From contig OX597818.1 of NCBI GenBank assembly GCA_951406725.2, positions 55,242,001-55,306,000 of the forward strand: a DNA stretch of 64,000 nucleotides, written 5' to 3'. This document shows positions 45,649-59,123 of this stretch, one piece after another. The position numbers and the translations under genes are program-made. The notes beneath the pieces were generated by a model. That model was not told the DNA's origin. It ran no database searches and saw nothing but the letters and a program-made list of their open reading frames with translations. The stretch is from Octopus vulgaris. Taxonomy: Eukaryota. Position 1 is the first letter of the stretch; each line of letters opens with the position of its first letter.

Positions 45649-45984
45649 TAAAGGAGCAACTGTCCCAGAAATCTGCCAATAATGCTATATCTAGAACTCC
45701 TTATCTCTCTCTATATTAATCCTTATAATAACGCCACGTTTGAAATTTCTGTGTATTCCTTACAAGAAAACTTACTTCTGAAGTCTCTCACTTCATATGC
45801 ATTCTTGGTGTATTCTTTAAGAACTTGCTGAATTCTTTGTTTGCATTCTTCCTGGAATATTTCGTTCTTCTCAGGTATTTAGCTATCTTGGACCTTATCT
45901 ATTTATAATGGTACTGCCACCTCTCCAGGTGTTCCATAAAGTTATCAAATCTCAGGGTTTTTGTTTTTTTTTGCAAATTACTAT

Positions 45985-46857
45985 AAAGGCAGCGAGCAAG
46001 CTGGTGGAATCGTTGAAACGTCGGTAAGAATACCTTGCCGTATTTCTTTCAACTCTTTATTTTCCGAGTTCAAATCCCGCGCTGGTCGACTCTTTCTTTA
46101 ATCCCTTTGGGGTTAATGAAATAAAGTACCAGTCAAGTTGTAGGGGTGGGAAGTCTAACCCCCCCACCCACCCCTAAAATTGCGGGCCTTGTGCCTATAA
46201 TAGAAAGGATTATTATTAAGGCGGTGAGCTGGTAGAAACGTTAGCACCCCGGGTGAAATGCGTAGCCGTATTTCGTCTGCCGTTACGCTCTGAGTTCAAA
46301 TTCCGCCGAGGTCGATTTTGCCTTTCATCCTATCGGGGTCGATAAATTAAGTACCAGTTACGCATTGGGGTCGATGTAATTGACTTAATACCTATGTCTG
46401 TCCTTGTTTGTCCACTCTATGTTTAGCCACTTGTGGGTAGTAAAGAAATAGGTGTTTCGTCTGCCGCTACGTTCTGAGTTCAAATTCCGCCGAGGTCGAC
46501 TTTGCCTTTCATCCTTTCGGGGTCGATTAAATAAGCACTAGTTACGCACTGGGGTCGATATAATCGACTTAATCCGTTTGTCTGTTCTTGTTCGTCCTCT
46601 CTGTGTTTAGCCCCTTGTGGGTAGTAAAGAAATAGGTAAGAATACCTTGCCATATTTCTTTCACCGCTTTATTTTCTCAGTTCAAATCCCGCGCTGGTCG
46701 ACTTTCTTTAATCGCTTTGAGGTTAATGAAATAAAGTACTAGTCAAGTTGTAGGGGGGGTCTAACCCCACCCACCCCTAAAATTGCGGGCTTTGTGACTA
46801 TAATAGAGAGGATTATTATTAAGGCGGCGAGCTGGCAGAAACGTTAGCACGCCGGGC
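45985..46857 (+). mobile_element. SINE B array: old copy, young dimer (46218-46634) and duplicated segment
   Basis: 46023-46255 is repeated at 46635-46857. Confidence 0.88.
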
Positions 46858-47044
46858 TTCTTAATTTTTAACTTTAAAACTTTAAGAGTGAAAGGAAAAA
46901 CAAAAAGATAAAACTCGGATTTTCCTTCAACTTTTTTCTATCCGAAATTCGACCCCAGTGATTAAATTTTTGCTTGGTGTCCAGCAAAAGGTTGAGAACC
47001 ACTGAGAATGATGATGATGGTGATAATAGTAATAATAATAATAA

Positions 47045-47445
47045 TTCAAATTTTGCCACAAGTGCAACAATTTTAGGGCAGGGGTTAAGTCGATTACATC
47101 GACCTCAGTGTTTCACTGGTACTTAATTTATCAAACCCGAAAGGATCAAAGGTAAAGTCGACCTCGGCGGAATTTGAACTCGGAACGTAAGGACGGACGA
47201 AATACCGCTAAGCATTTTGTCCGGCGCGCTAATAATAATAATATCAATATTAATAATTATAATGATTTCAAATTTTTGCCACAAGGGCAGCTTGGGGGAG
47301 AGGATTATGTCGATTGCATCGACCCCAATGTTTCACTGGTACTTAATTTATCGATCCCGAAAGGATAAAAGGTACAGTCGACTTCGGCGGAATTTGAACT
47401 CGGAACGTAAATACGGACTAAATACCGATAAGCATTTTGTCCGGC
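47045..47445 (-). mobile_element. Two SINE B copies
   Basis: Core matches separated by an (AAT)n-like spacer. Confidence 0.85.
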
Positions 47446-47563
47446 TACTGATCCTACGGGGATTTTTATGACCTGAATTACCTATGTAGCTTTTATAGCT
47501 TTGCTTTTATCAGGACTGATTTGAAGCCAATACTTTACAACAACAATAACAACAACACCAGTT

Positions 47564-47597
<34 letters not shown>

Positions 47598-47988
47598 CAC
47601 TACATGTTGTCCTCTTCAATTACCGCTTTATTCTATTCCCAGTAGCCTATTGGAATCGTTTTGATAAGTTTGTTTATGTTAAACACCTAATACTATCTCA
47701 CGATGACAGCTTTACGATTTGTTAGGATTTGAACAAGATAAAAAAAAAGGAAAGACATTCGTGTTAAACAAACGACGATGAAATCTAGAACAAGTGTTTT
47801 TAAAACCGTTTCTCAATGACAATAATAATAATCCTTTTTCGTAAATATCTCCATATCTGTAACGAATATCCCTTACGCTTTAAAGTTTAATTCTTTTAAT
47901 TAATTCATTAATATATCTGGTTTATTACTTGGTCAGTATTGTATTTCTAGAATCCGGCAGTTTGATTTTCAACTCACCACTGACCAAC

Positions 47989-48090
<102 letters not shown>

Positions 48091-48236
48091 AAAAAAAATA
48101 CAAACTGGGACAAGAACGCAAAACATTTAGAAGACGATACAAAAAACACGGACGGGACATTCGAAGCCTTCAATCTTCAGTCAAGAACCGGATCATCCTC
48201 GCAATTTCGGCTGATTAATCTTGATTAATATATATA

Positions 48237-48604
48237 CTAGTAGTATCGCCCGGCGTTGCTCGGGTTTGTTTCGACCCTTTAGAATTGGAATGTTTGAAAA
48301 GTAAAAATTTTGCATTATGTAGCTTGTACACTCTTTAAGTGAACATTTTTCTGGTTGAAGTACACCGAAAAATGTCGACACAGCAGTCAAAAAATCGTTA
48401 AAAAATAGGGATTTTCATAGAAAAAAAGCACCTTTTTAATGTAAATAATTTTTGGTGTTAACATGGTCGGATTTGAATTTTTTCTTCTACGGAATGAAGA
48501 GCAAGTCTTCTTCTATCATACTCTCAATTTTGGTCAACTTGCGCCACAGGGTCTCGGAGGAGATAGTGTTAGTTGAAGGCTGCCAAACCTGCCATACACA
48601 GACA
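48237..48604 (-). mobile_element. Helitron variant: same 3' terminus, different interior, 5'-truncated
   Basis: CTAGTAGTATCGCCCGGCGTTGCTCGGGTTTGT matches the 33011 and 36491 termini, then the sequence diverges. Confidence 0.7.
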
Positions 48605-48758
48605 ATCTTGTTTCAGTCATTAGACTGCGGTTATTCTAAGGCAATGTTTGTTTTTTTTTATGTCGAATTACGATGGAAACAATCTTACATTAAACTGAAA
48701 TGTTACTAAAATACTTTTTGTAGAATACTTTACTATACTTTTAGAGTAAGAGTAATGA

Positions 48759-48836
48759 TAGCGACTTCGAAGTTTCGACCTGCTCGGCTTCATTGGACAG
48801 TCCGATAAAAGCCACCTGGCCGAAACTCTGTCACTG
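48759..48836. ncRNA. Two divergent back-to-back degenerate hammerhead motifs
   Basis: Plus: cagt-CCGATAA-aagcc(acct)ggcc-GAAA-ctct-GTC-actg. Minus: gt-CCAATGA-agcc(gagca)ggtc-GAAA-cttcgaa-GTC-gc. Confidence 0.6.
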
Positions 48837-49191
48837 CTCTCATTGTAAAAATATATGTATGATTGTGCGTGCAGTATGTATACGTGTGTGTGTGTGTGTG
48901 TGTGTGTGTATTAGATAAAAGGGGTTTGTATATTTGTGTATAGAGGGATATATATTATTCAAAGAAATTCCAACTCTGTTTCTTATATTTTATTTATATT
49001 CTTTATAATATTAATGTAGAATATATATGGTATAAATAGTATATATATATATATATATATAGTAAAATGAAATGAAGTATTGATTGTCTTATTGAATGGA
49101 TGAAATATTGAATATCAAATATTAAGGGACTAGTATACTTTCTTGCATTAAAGCAGTATTCAAGGTCCCGAGTTGTGACAGGAGTGTTTGT

Positions 49192-49255
<64 letters not shown>

Positions 49256-49292
49256 TTGTGTTTGTGTGTATGGATGCATAGATAATTTTGAC

Positions 49293-49638
49293 CAGTGGTT
49301 TTCACTCGGGCTCCACTGGCCCCGGAGGGTCCATGTAAGATTTTTTCGGTGGGGTGGAGTTCTCGCGACAAAATAATTGGCGACCCACAATAGTATTTTT
49401 AAGGGCCCCTGAAAAAATTTGTGTTAGATATATGTATTGGTATGTATTGCGAGAAACAGCTAAGGTTTCTTTCTCTAACTTTATAATAAGTTCAAACGAC
49501 AATTTGAAAAACAAAATAGGAATTTTGAAAGAAGTTTTTATAAAACTACTTTTTAAGCATCAAATGGCTATTTAGAGTCCACCAGAATAATATAGTAACC
49601 AAAGGGTTCCATAGATGAGAAATAACTGAGAAACCCTG
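49293..49638. mobile_element. hAT MITE (family of 33742)
   Basis: CAGTGGTTTTCA / TGAGAAACCCTG; flanks ATTTTGAC and ATCTAGAC. Confidence 0.78.
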
Positions 49639-50274
49639 ATCTAGACACGCGTATGAATATGTAGAAGTAGGTGAAAAGTCCTCAATTGATGTCTTGTTTA
49701 TTTAATTTGTCCGAGGCTGATGGCTCAAACTCCGCCGCTCCTAAGGACTTTTTTTTTCAATGTATACGTATCTTTAGGGGACAAATATATATATAAAACA
49801 AGAGATGAATATAAATATATATAATAATATACGCTTATCAGGCACATATTTCAAGTCCTAGCTACAAAACCGCCACTACATTTTCATTTCTAAATGTATA
49901 TATTATATACACTCACCAGCTGGGTATCACCCAAGCTTTTTCTTGTGAGTAATAAATAAAACAATCACCCTATTGTATATACACACACACACACCATACG
50001 CACGTGTGTGTATATAGACATTTGATTATTCCTTCATATATTGGTTAGGAAAAAGGAAAAAAGAAAAAGCAAGCCCACTCGCCGTTGCCCCATTTCAGCA
50101 AACTTTTTAAAAAGCAGAACAATGTTTTAACTTAGAGGGCGTATTTTTTTTCTAATTTCTATGCACAATGGTCTCTTCTCTTCGAATGTTAACCGGTCAT
50201 GGTTGTATCAAAGCTAGTTTCAATGAAGCATGAACTGAACATTGGCCTAAAACTTCGTTCCTGTATATGTGTAT

Positions 50275-50297
50275 GCATCTATCTGTCTATCTATCTT

Positions 50298-50364
<67 letters not shown>

Positions 50365-50515
50365 GTATATCTATCTATCTATCTATCTCTCTGTCTATCT
50401 GTATATCTATCTACCTGTCTATCTATCTATCTGTCTATCTATCTATCTATCTGTATATTTATCTATCTATCTATCTATCTGTCTATCTGTATATCTATCT
50501 ACCTGTCTATCTATG

Positions 50516-50569
<54 letters not shown>

Positions 50570-50644
50570 AATCATATCTGTCTATCTATCTATCTGTCTA
50601 TCTATCTATCTGTCTATCTATCTATCTGTCTATCTATCTATCTG

Positions 50645-50684
<40 letters not shown>

Positions 50685-50685
50685 A
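50275..50685. repeat. (TCTA)n microsatellite
   Basis: Seen directly. Confidence 0.95.
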
Positions 50686-50735
50686 TTGTTTCTATCGCTA
50701 ATTAATGATCTGTCTCTATCCTTCTAGCTTTTTCT

Positions 50736-50788
<53 letters not shown>

Positions 50789-51447
50789 CTATATATTCAC
50801 ACACATTTGTGTGTGTATACACACGCACACATTACACACATCATTCATCTGTCCTATATCTGTATGCAGAGAGGACGGCGGAGTCCAGCTACATTTACTA
50901 AGGATATTCACACACACACACACGGACACACACGGGGGTCATTCTTTTACTCTGGGTGGAGGTCTGGAGAGGAGATATACTGATGTAATTACGGGGGATT
51001 TTTTTTCTTTTTGTACTTAGGCTTTTAGGAGAATCTGTAATCAGTCAGACATTTCAATGCACACGCGTACACAGCAAACCCGACACGCACACACACACAC
51101 AAATACAGACTTCGAATTGTATCTGAATGATAATGGAAAATTTATGATCTGGAAGAAATGGTTTTTGATGTTGTGTGCGTGTTTGTATGTATGGCCTATA
51201 CACACTCACGTTTAATGTATCAGTATAAATATATATTATCTTCATTATACATAATAAGTGTGTGTGAGTAGGTATGTATAAACATTGCTACATATTTGAG
51301 CGCGTAAAAAAATATATACAGACAATATGTGTGTGTATATATATATATACACATAAAATTAAATACAAGTTTTTGCACACTTTTACATTGGCCTGAGTAA
51401 CGTATATATTTAAACAGATATAGATATATATCCTATATATATGTATA

Positions 51448-51483
<36 letters not shown>

Positions 51484-52396
51484 CATACACACACACACAC
51501 ACACACACATACATACTTACATATATATGCACACACACACAGCCTTTTAAATAATTTGGCACATTTACATGTAAAACCCTCGGCTAACTAACCCCAGTTC
51601 AGCTCTCATTAAACAAAAAACTAAGATCAATGGACATATCAACCATAATAATGATCCTGTCTTCTTGTACACCTCACATTTCTAAGTTGAACGCGTGTCC
51701 TTTTTCCTTTATTTAAGGGGTTTGAGAGAGATTTGGCTAAGACGAGCGATTGCAGAGAGGAGGCTTCTCTCAGCAGCTCAACGCAATCTTGCTAAAATGT
51801 ATGCGGACATGAGTATGAATGTGTTGTTGATTAGGTATTTTGTAGATGTGTGTGAGATAGATAAACGGACAGGACAGGCAGAGAAATAGAGAGAAAACTG
51901 TTTTCAGACCCATGCTCGGATTTCTACGTGCAGATTTGCACGATTAACATGGTCACTACGTGTGAATGCGGCATCTTTTTCTTTTCTCCCAATGAAATCA
52001 TCAAATTCCGTGGAAGACGCAACAGAGACTGTCGTCTCTCATTGGCCATAAATTTAAAATACTAAATACTTAATCTTCATTAGAGTTCTCTCGTATTTTT
52101 TGTTTTGATACTGATATGGACTCGAGATATACCTTCAATAGATTACATTACTGTTTGACATTTGATGTAGTGGCGGTGAAGGTGATGGCGTGTCTATGAC
52201 CGTTAACCGGATTCAAAAAACCCCGTTTCCCGCTACGGTAATATTTGTCCAGTTACAAATCGTTATTAGAGTCATTCTATTTTGTTGCTTTTAGATTGTT
52301 TTTCTTTTAAACACTGGAGGGTTTTCTCTATCTCTGCGTTACTAATTTCTATATCAATCGATCGAAGTTTCTCAGTTCCGTATTTTATATATATAT

Positions 52397-52630
52397 ATTT
52401 CTTTATTGCCCACAAGAGGCTAAACATAAAGGGGACAAACAAGGACAGACAAAGGGATTAAATCGATTACATCGACCCCAGTGTGAAACTGGTACTTTAT
52501 TTATCGACCCCGAAAGGATGAGAGGCAAAGTCGACCTCGGCTGAATTTGAACTCAGAACGTAACGGCAGACGAGAAATAACGGCTACACATTTCGCCCGG
52601 CGTGCTAACGTTTCTGCCAGCCGCCGCCTT
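52397..52630 (-). mobile_element. SINE family B monomer, tail 1
   Basis: Full-length reverse match. Confidence 0.9.
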
Positions 52631-53641
52631 TCAGCTCCCTATAGGGAGATTTCCTATAGGGGATATTTCCATAGAGAGAGATTTCCTATAGGGGAAATTT
52701 CCACTGCGTTACCTTTTATCCCTCGGCCGTGTTGATTCTACATGGAAATTATCTAACACACTCACATACATTACCAGCCTCATATTATTGCTGTTTATAT
52801 TATCATTAATTAACCCTTTGTCTGTCCAAAGCATTTTCAAAATGTTTGTCCTAAACGTCCATGCTTGTTTTCAAACTTTTACTTACCCCTTGTTTGATAC
52901 GTCAAGTAATATCAAGCTTTTTTTCCTCACAAGTCCCTTGTTCTTCTAGTCGTTGATAAAAAAACGATATTTGCATCATATGAAGCCCGTTGAACACCAG
53001 GGATACATGTCCCGCTTCTCATATGTGACATATAGGCACAGGTTAATATTATTAGCCATGTGGATTGCAGTATTTGTAGAATACCTGATCATGTTGTGAT
53101 CATCGTTACCTAAGATAGACCTAATCCAGCCAACCCTATGACGAAAGGTATTCATTGTATACCCATATGATTTTTGTATTTCGGGTTCACTGATTAACCA
53201 GATTATATATATATCGTTGAATGTGCTTCTCAAAACAGTAGGATGTATGGGTTGGAGAGAAATTTGTCTATAATTTCTCGCAGCTTATAAGACTTTATAG
53301 TGGCTCCCTCGTTCGCTGTACGCTTTTTTATTGCTATTTTTGTCTTGAGGGATTTGTTGGGGGGAAAAAAATTTTAAAAGCCCAGCTAAATATTGAGTGA
53401 TTCAATCAAACACTGGACCCCTTTATGGTGCGTGACCAGGTTCTTATACTAAGCCATTTCATTTCTGATAACCAAAAACCTATAATTATTATGGTGCGCG
53501 CGTGCGAAATGCATATGATATACGTGCACGCAGCGCGCATGTTATAAATATATACAGGTTGTGTGCGGATGTATATACACGAGTTTTGGAAAACTAATCT
53601 TGCCCATTCATCATAAAGGTTGGGAGGAAAAGTACCCAACC

Positions 53642-53702
53642 TTTCTGACGAGTACCAAGATCTGTTTTCTCAAACTTTTGTGATCGAAACCGATTGGTAA
53701 AA
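53642..53702 (+). ncRNA. Hammerhead ribozyme motif, intact core, degraded stem II
   Basis: ttt-CTGACGA-gtaccaaga...ttttgtgatc-GAAA-ccgattg-GTA-aaa; stem III ACC/GGT. Confidence 0.6.
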
Positions 53703-53948
53703 TTCGACTGAAAGATATCGATCTCATTGTATTTGTGTAGCCAAACGGTAGAAGTTCTGTTTTATTATTTACTCGTGGGGTTTCCTATTATTCCTACCAC
53801 CTCCGCCACCACTCCTATGTATGCGTGTATATTTTTAGGCTTACACACACACACACACACACATGTATATAAAAGCTATGCATGTATGTGTGTAGAGATG
53901 TTTGCATATGTGTATGTATGTATGCATATATTTCTTTATCTGTATATA

Positions 53949-54363
53949 TATTTCTTTACTACCCACAAGGGGCTAAAACGCAGAGGGAACAAACAAGGAC
54001 AGACAAAGGGATTAAGTCGATTGCATCGACCCAGTGCTAAACTGATACTTATTTAATCGACCCCGAAAGGATCAAAGGTAAAGTCGACCTTGGCGGAATT
54101 TGAACTCAGAACGTAACGACAGACGAAATACCTATTTCTTTATTACCCACTAGGGGCTAAACATAGAGGGGACAAACAAGGACGGACAAAGGGATTAAGT
54201 CGATTACATCGACCCCAGTGCGTAACTGGTACTTAATTTATCGACCCCGAAAGGATGAAAGGCAAAGTCGACCTCGGCGGAATTTGAACTCAGAACGTAA
54301 CGACAGACGAAATACCGCTAAGCATTTCGCCCGGCGTGCTAACGTTTCTGCCAGTTCGCCGCC
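53949..54363 (-). mobile_element. SINE B dimer flanked by one 15-bp TSD
   Basis: CTTTATCTGTATATA at 53934-53948 and 54364-54378; junction at 54132/54133. Confidence 0.93.
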
Positions 54364-54779
54364 CTTTATCTGTATATAATCTACACACACGCGTGCGCAT
54401 AAATGTGTATGTATATATGTATGTATGAAATTACAAAGACATTTTGTTCGTTAGATGAAAGGAGCAAAACTTGTCTTTGATGACAATAACATCATCAGCC
54501 ACATTTGTAAAGTAAACAGCTGCCAAAGGAAGGAAGGACCTTGCTCCAAATAAAAAGACTTGTATAACTAGCAACAAAGGTCTGTAAAATTGTGACTCAT
54601 TTAAAACTATGATACATATTAATCAGATCATACAAGTAAGTTCACATTCTGATGTAATAATAATCAGACGATAGCAACCATTTCAAATTCTAATGCACGG
54701 AGCATACCTCTAGGGAGTGGCACGGGTGGACGGCAACTGTAGCACAGGAATTCAAAGACATCTGTCCCTCTTATCTCTT

Positions 54780-55170
54780 GTCTTTTATCTGTTTCAGTCC
54801 TTTGACTGCGGCCATACTGGAGCACCGCCGTGAAGGATTTTAGTAGAAAACAAATCGCCCCTAAGACTTATTTTTTAAAAGCCTAGTACTTATTCTATCA
54901 GTCTCTTTTGCCGAACCGCTAAGTTACGGGGAGGATTCCCGTAACTTGTCAAGCAGTGGTGCTGGTGGGCAAATAGACATACACATGCACACGCATATAT
55001 ATGTATACGACGGGCTTCTTTCAGTTTCCCCTCTACGAAATCCACTCCCAAGGCTTTGGTCGGTCTAAGGCCATACTAAAAAAGCATCTGCCCGAGGTGC
55101 CACACAGTGGGACTGAACCTGGAGTCACGTAGTTGGGAAGCAGGCTTCTTACCACTCTCACTATGCCTGC
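54780..55170 (-). mobile_element. SINE family A, diverged
   Basis: Reverse-complement match. Confidence 0.88.
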
Positions 55171-55303
55171 AGTGAGATTGCAGAAACATTGGTGCATCAA
55201 ACAAAATGCTTAGCATTTCTTAGCATTCCAAGTTCAAACCCAGTTGAGGTTGACTTGTCTTCTCTTCCTAGAATATTGTTGATCTTTTGCCGAAATTTGA
55301 ACC

Positions 55304-55372
<69 letters not shown>

Positions 55373-56013
55373 GGTAGGTTAGTGGCTAAAAATAGTTGGT
55401 TTGGTTTGTTGACATCCATGTAACTTAGCAGTTCAACCAAAGACATCAATAAAATCAGTACTGGGGGTTGATTTGCTTGACTAGAAACAATTCTTCAAAG
55501 TGGTGCCCCAGCATGGCCACAATCCAATATGACTAAAACAAGTAAAAAAAAGAAGAAAAAAAAAGGAAAGATACATGGAAGATCATAACAATGAAAACAA
55601 GCAAAATGGCCACCCTTTTCATTTGACACGTCATTAATTGTCATTAACTTATATAACATTTAACGAGCCAGGTTTAATGATCGTTAGCGGCAATTATGTG
55701 AATCATTTCTACTACTTCATTAGTTATTTGTTGGTATAAAATATAATATATAATGTGTGTGTGTGTGTGTGTGTGTGACCAATGCAGTCTTGCATCTTTA
55801 TATTCATGTCTGAGGTAATTAATTATTTTATTTAATATTTATTTGTTTGTTTTGTATGGTTTTTTGGGGTATTTTTTCTTTCCTTTATTGATATGATTGA
55901 TCATCCAGAACATTAGCTTCTAATTAGTTTACCAGTAGCCAATTGAAGACTTAGAAATGATGTATTTATACATGCATGTATATGTAAATGTGTGTATGTA
56001 TATATAATATATG

Positions 56014-56064
<51 letters not shown>

Positions 56065-56334
56065 ATATATATCTGATAAATATAATATCTAATATGTATA
56101 TATATATAGATATATATGATATATATATGTATACGATATATACATATAATGTATATTATACATATATATATATATATATTATATATATATGATGTATATA
56201 TGATATATATATATTTATATATATATATCTATATTTTATTTATCTATATATTATTTATATATATATATATAACATTATTGGTGAATTGAAGAAATGGAGC
56301 TGAACGCAGATTGAACAGAAATCGTTTTATTTCA

Positions 56335-56414
56335 TTCTACACGTGTTTCGAAAGGCACAAATTACCAAAATCCGATGGAATAATGGGACCATATTGTGTC
56401 TTTCTCTTCAGGAA
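56335..56414 (-). ncRNA. Hammerhead ribozyme motif, intact core, long stem II
   Basis: ttc-CTGAAGA-gaaagacacaa...ttgtgcctttc-GAAA-cacgt-GTA-gaa; palindromic ACACGTGT; 30-bp inverted copy at 56447-56476; (TA)n on both sides. Confidence 0.8.
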
Positions 56415-56504
56415 GAAAATAGGAAATCCGTTGGAAAAACACAATAGAAGAGAAAGACACAATATGGTCCCATTATATATATATATATATATATTATATA
56501 TCTA

Positions 56505-56840
56505 TGCTTCTGGGTTCAGTCCCACTGCGTGGCACCTTGGACAAGTGTATTCTACTATAGTCTCGAGCCGACCAAAGCCTTGTGAGTGGATTTGGTAGTC
56601 AGAAACTGAAAGAAGCCCATCGTATATATACATATATGTATATGTGTTTTTGTTTTTGTCCCCCCCCACATCGCTTGACAACCGATGCTGTTGCATTTAC
56701 ATCCCTGCAACTTAGCAATTCGGGAAAAGAGACCGGCAGAATAAGTACTAGGCTTACAAAGAAATTTTGGGGTTAATTTGCTCAACGAAAGGCGGTGCTC
56801 CAGCATGGCCACAGTGAAATGACTGAAACAAATAAAAGAA
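56505..56840 (+). mobile_element. SINE family A
   Basis: Match to the family; 5'-truncated. Confidence 0.9.
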
Positions 56841-57568
56841 TATATATACATACATATATACACACACATACATATATATATACACACGCACATATATATA
56901 TATATCAACATATATACACATGCATACATATATACCCACATACATATATACACACACACGTATTCTAACATATTTTCTACAATAACAACAATTTGGGAAG
57001 TGCCTTGTGAAATTAACTTGGATAGATTCAAAAAATAGGCTCCCAGTTTTAATCCACCCCCTCTATCATCTGGTTTAATATCATCTCTACCTAATATTAA
57101 GGATCTCTAGTGGGCCCCACTTCATTACAAGCATTAAGGTTAAATGTTTAGTCCAATGCTAACTTCCTCCTAACCATTTCTGAAGCCCTGCCAAAGATCA
57201 TGGCTGGTTGAATTCTGCTTTTTTGTTTGAACTCATAAAAGTAGAAATTCAAACAAAAATATAAAAATATTTATTTCATCATCAGCAGTTTTTCTTTTCT
57301 TTGTTGTTTTTGTTTTTGTTTTTAAGTTTTTAAGGGGGGAAAAACAGAGGTCTATAAACTGCTGGCCGATTGATGCAATGGCTACTAATCAGAAGTCCTG
57401 CATACCTGATGGCAGTAGATTTTAGGGTTCATCAGGAGACACACGGTGTTGAGATGGGGTGGGACCTTCGTCAGCATTTTAGGTTGTTTTTTGTTTTTTT
57501 GTTAAGAAAAAATTAAACTTGTAAACCTTTGCTATTGTTGTCAATCAAATTGCATTCAAATAGGGTAC

Positions 57569-57958
57569 TCTTTTACTTGTTTCAGTCATTTGACTGTGGC
57601 CACGCTGGAGCACCGCCTTTAGTCGATAAATCGACCCCAGGACTTATTCTTTCTAAGCCTTAGTACTTATTCTATCGGTCTCTTTTGCCGGACCACTAAG
57701 TTACGGGGGTGTAAACACACCAGCATAGGTTGTCAAGCGATGTTGGGGGGACAAACACAGACACACATACAAACACACACATATATATACGCATATATAT
57801 ATACAACGTGCTTCTTTCAGTTTCCGTCTACCAAATCCTCTCACAAGGCTTTGGTCGGCCCAAGGCTATAGTAGAAGACTCTTGCCCAAGATGTCACACA
57901 GTGGGACTGAACCCGGAACCATGTGGTTTGTAAGCAAGCTACTAACCACACAGCCACT
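57569..57958 (-). mobile_element. SINE family A
   Basis: Full-length reverse match. Confidence 0.92.
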
Positions 57959-58441
57959 ATATATATATATATATATATATATATGTTTTTTAATTTTTAA
58001 GAACAAATTATTTTTTAAAACTCTGCTAGGCAAGTTTGCTCTGGAATCTTACAGTTGAAGTCTGTTAATGAAATAAGTTGCTCTGGAAAGAAGGAATCTT
58101 GTACTAATTAAGATCAGGAGGTATTTTCAGTGTTTTGGTGTAATTATGGCAAACGATAATGAGTGTGGTGACTGCATTCAAAGACAATACAAAACCTAAA
58201 ATGCTAAACTACTTAAAATTAGTTGTTGTCTTTCAAAGTGGCTCTGGAAGAATTTCTTCTCTCTTGGACCCTGTCCAAATAATCTGGAACAATCTAGTAG
58301 GTTCAAAGAGGGGAGGTGATACTGCCCTTCCCCCAACCTCTGCTTTTTTTTCTTTCTTCCCCCCCCCCCCCACTCCACTTTCTCCCTCCCTCCTATTACC
58401 ATTTCTCTCTCATTATCTCTGTTATATATATTGTGCATGCA

Positions 58442-58552
<111 letters not shown>

Positions 58553-58620
58553 GTGTGTATATATATATATACATATGTGTGTGTATATATATATATATAC
58601 ATATGTATACACACACACAC

Positions 58621-58693
<73 letters not shown>

Positions 58694-59123
58694 TATATGT
58701 GTGTATATGTATACACACACACACACATACATATACATACACACACACACTCACATATACATACACACTCACACTCACACACTTATACATGTATTTAATG
58801 ATTTTGCTTAGCTTATAGCGATACTAATAACCAGTCGTTAGAACCCAATACACTTATATGCTTTAGAAAGAAGTGTTAAGCAAATAGTGAAGAGTGGTAT
58901 TAATTGTCGAGCGACCGGAGAAGAGAAATTATGTAATCAAATTCATTCGTTGCTTCTGCTGTTAGAAGAAGCCGTGTGCCCAAAGCTTTTATGTTTGTGC
59001 ATCATCTTGTAGCTTAGTTGCAATCATTAAAATGAGGTGTATGTTTATTCTGGAACGCATTGAAATATGTTCGTCTTTTTTTTGTCATTCAACAATCAAT
59101 ATATATATATTGCATGTGTAATT

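Noticed and set aside
43099-47445. CRISPR-like or prokaryotic array
   Set aside because: The repeats are SINE copies of about 200 bp in eukaryotic DNA, with no repeat-spacer periodicity and no cas genes.
57425-57475. Two minus-strand CTGANGA heptamers
   Set aside because: No correctly placed GAAA or stems.
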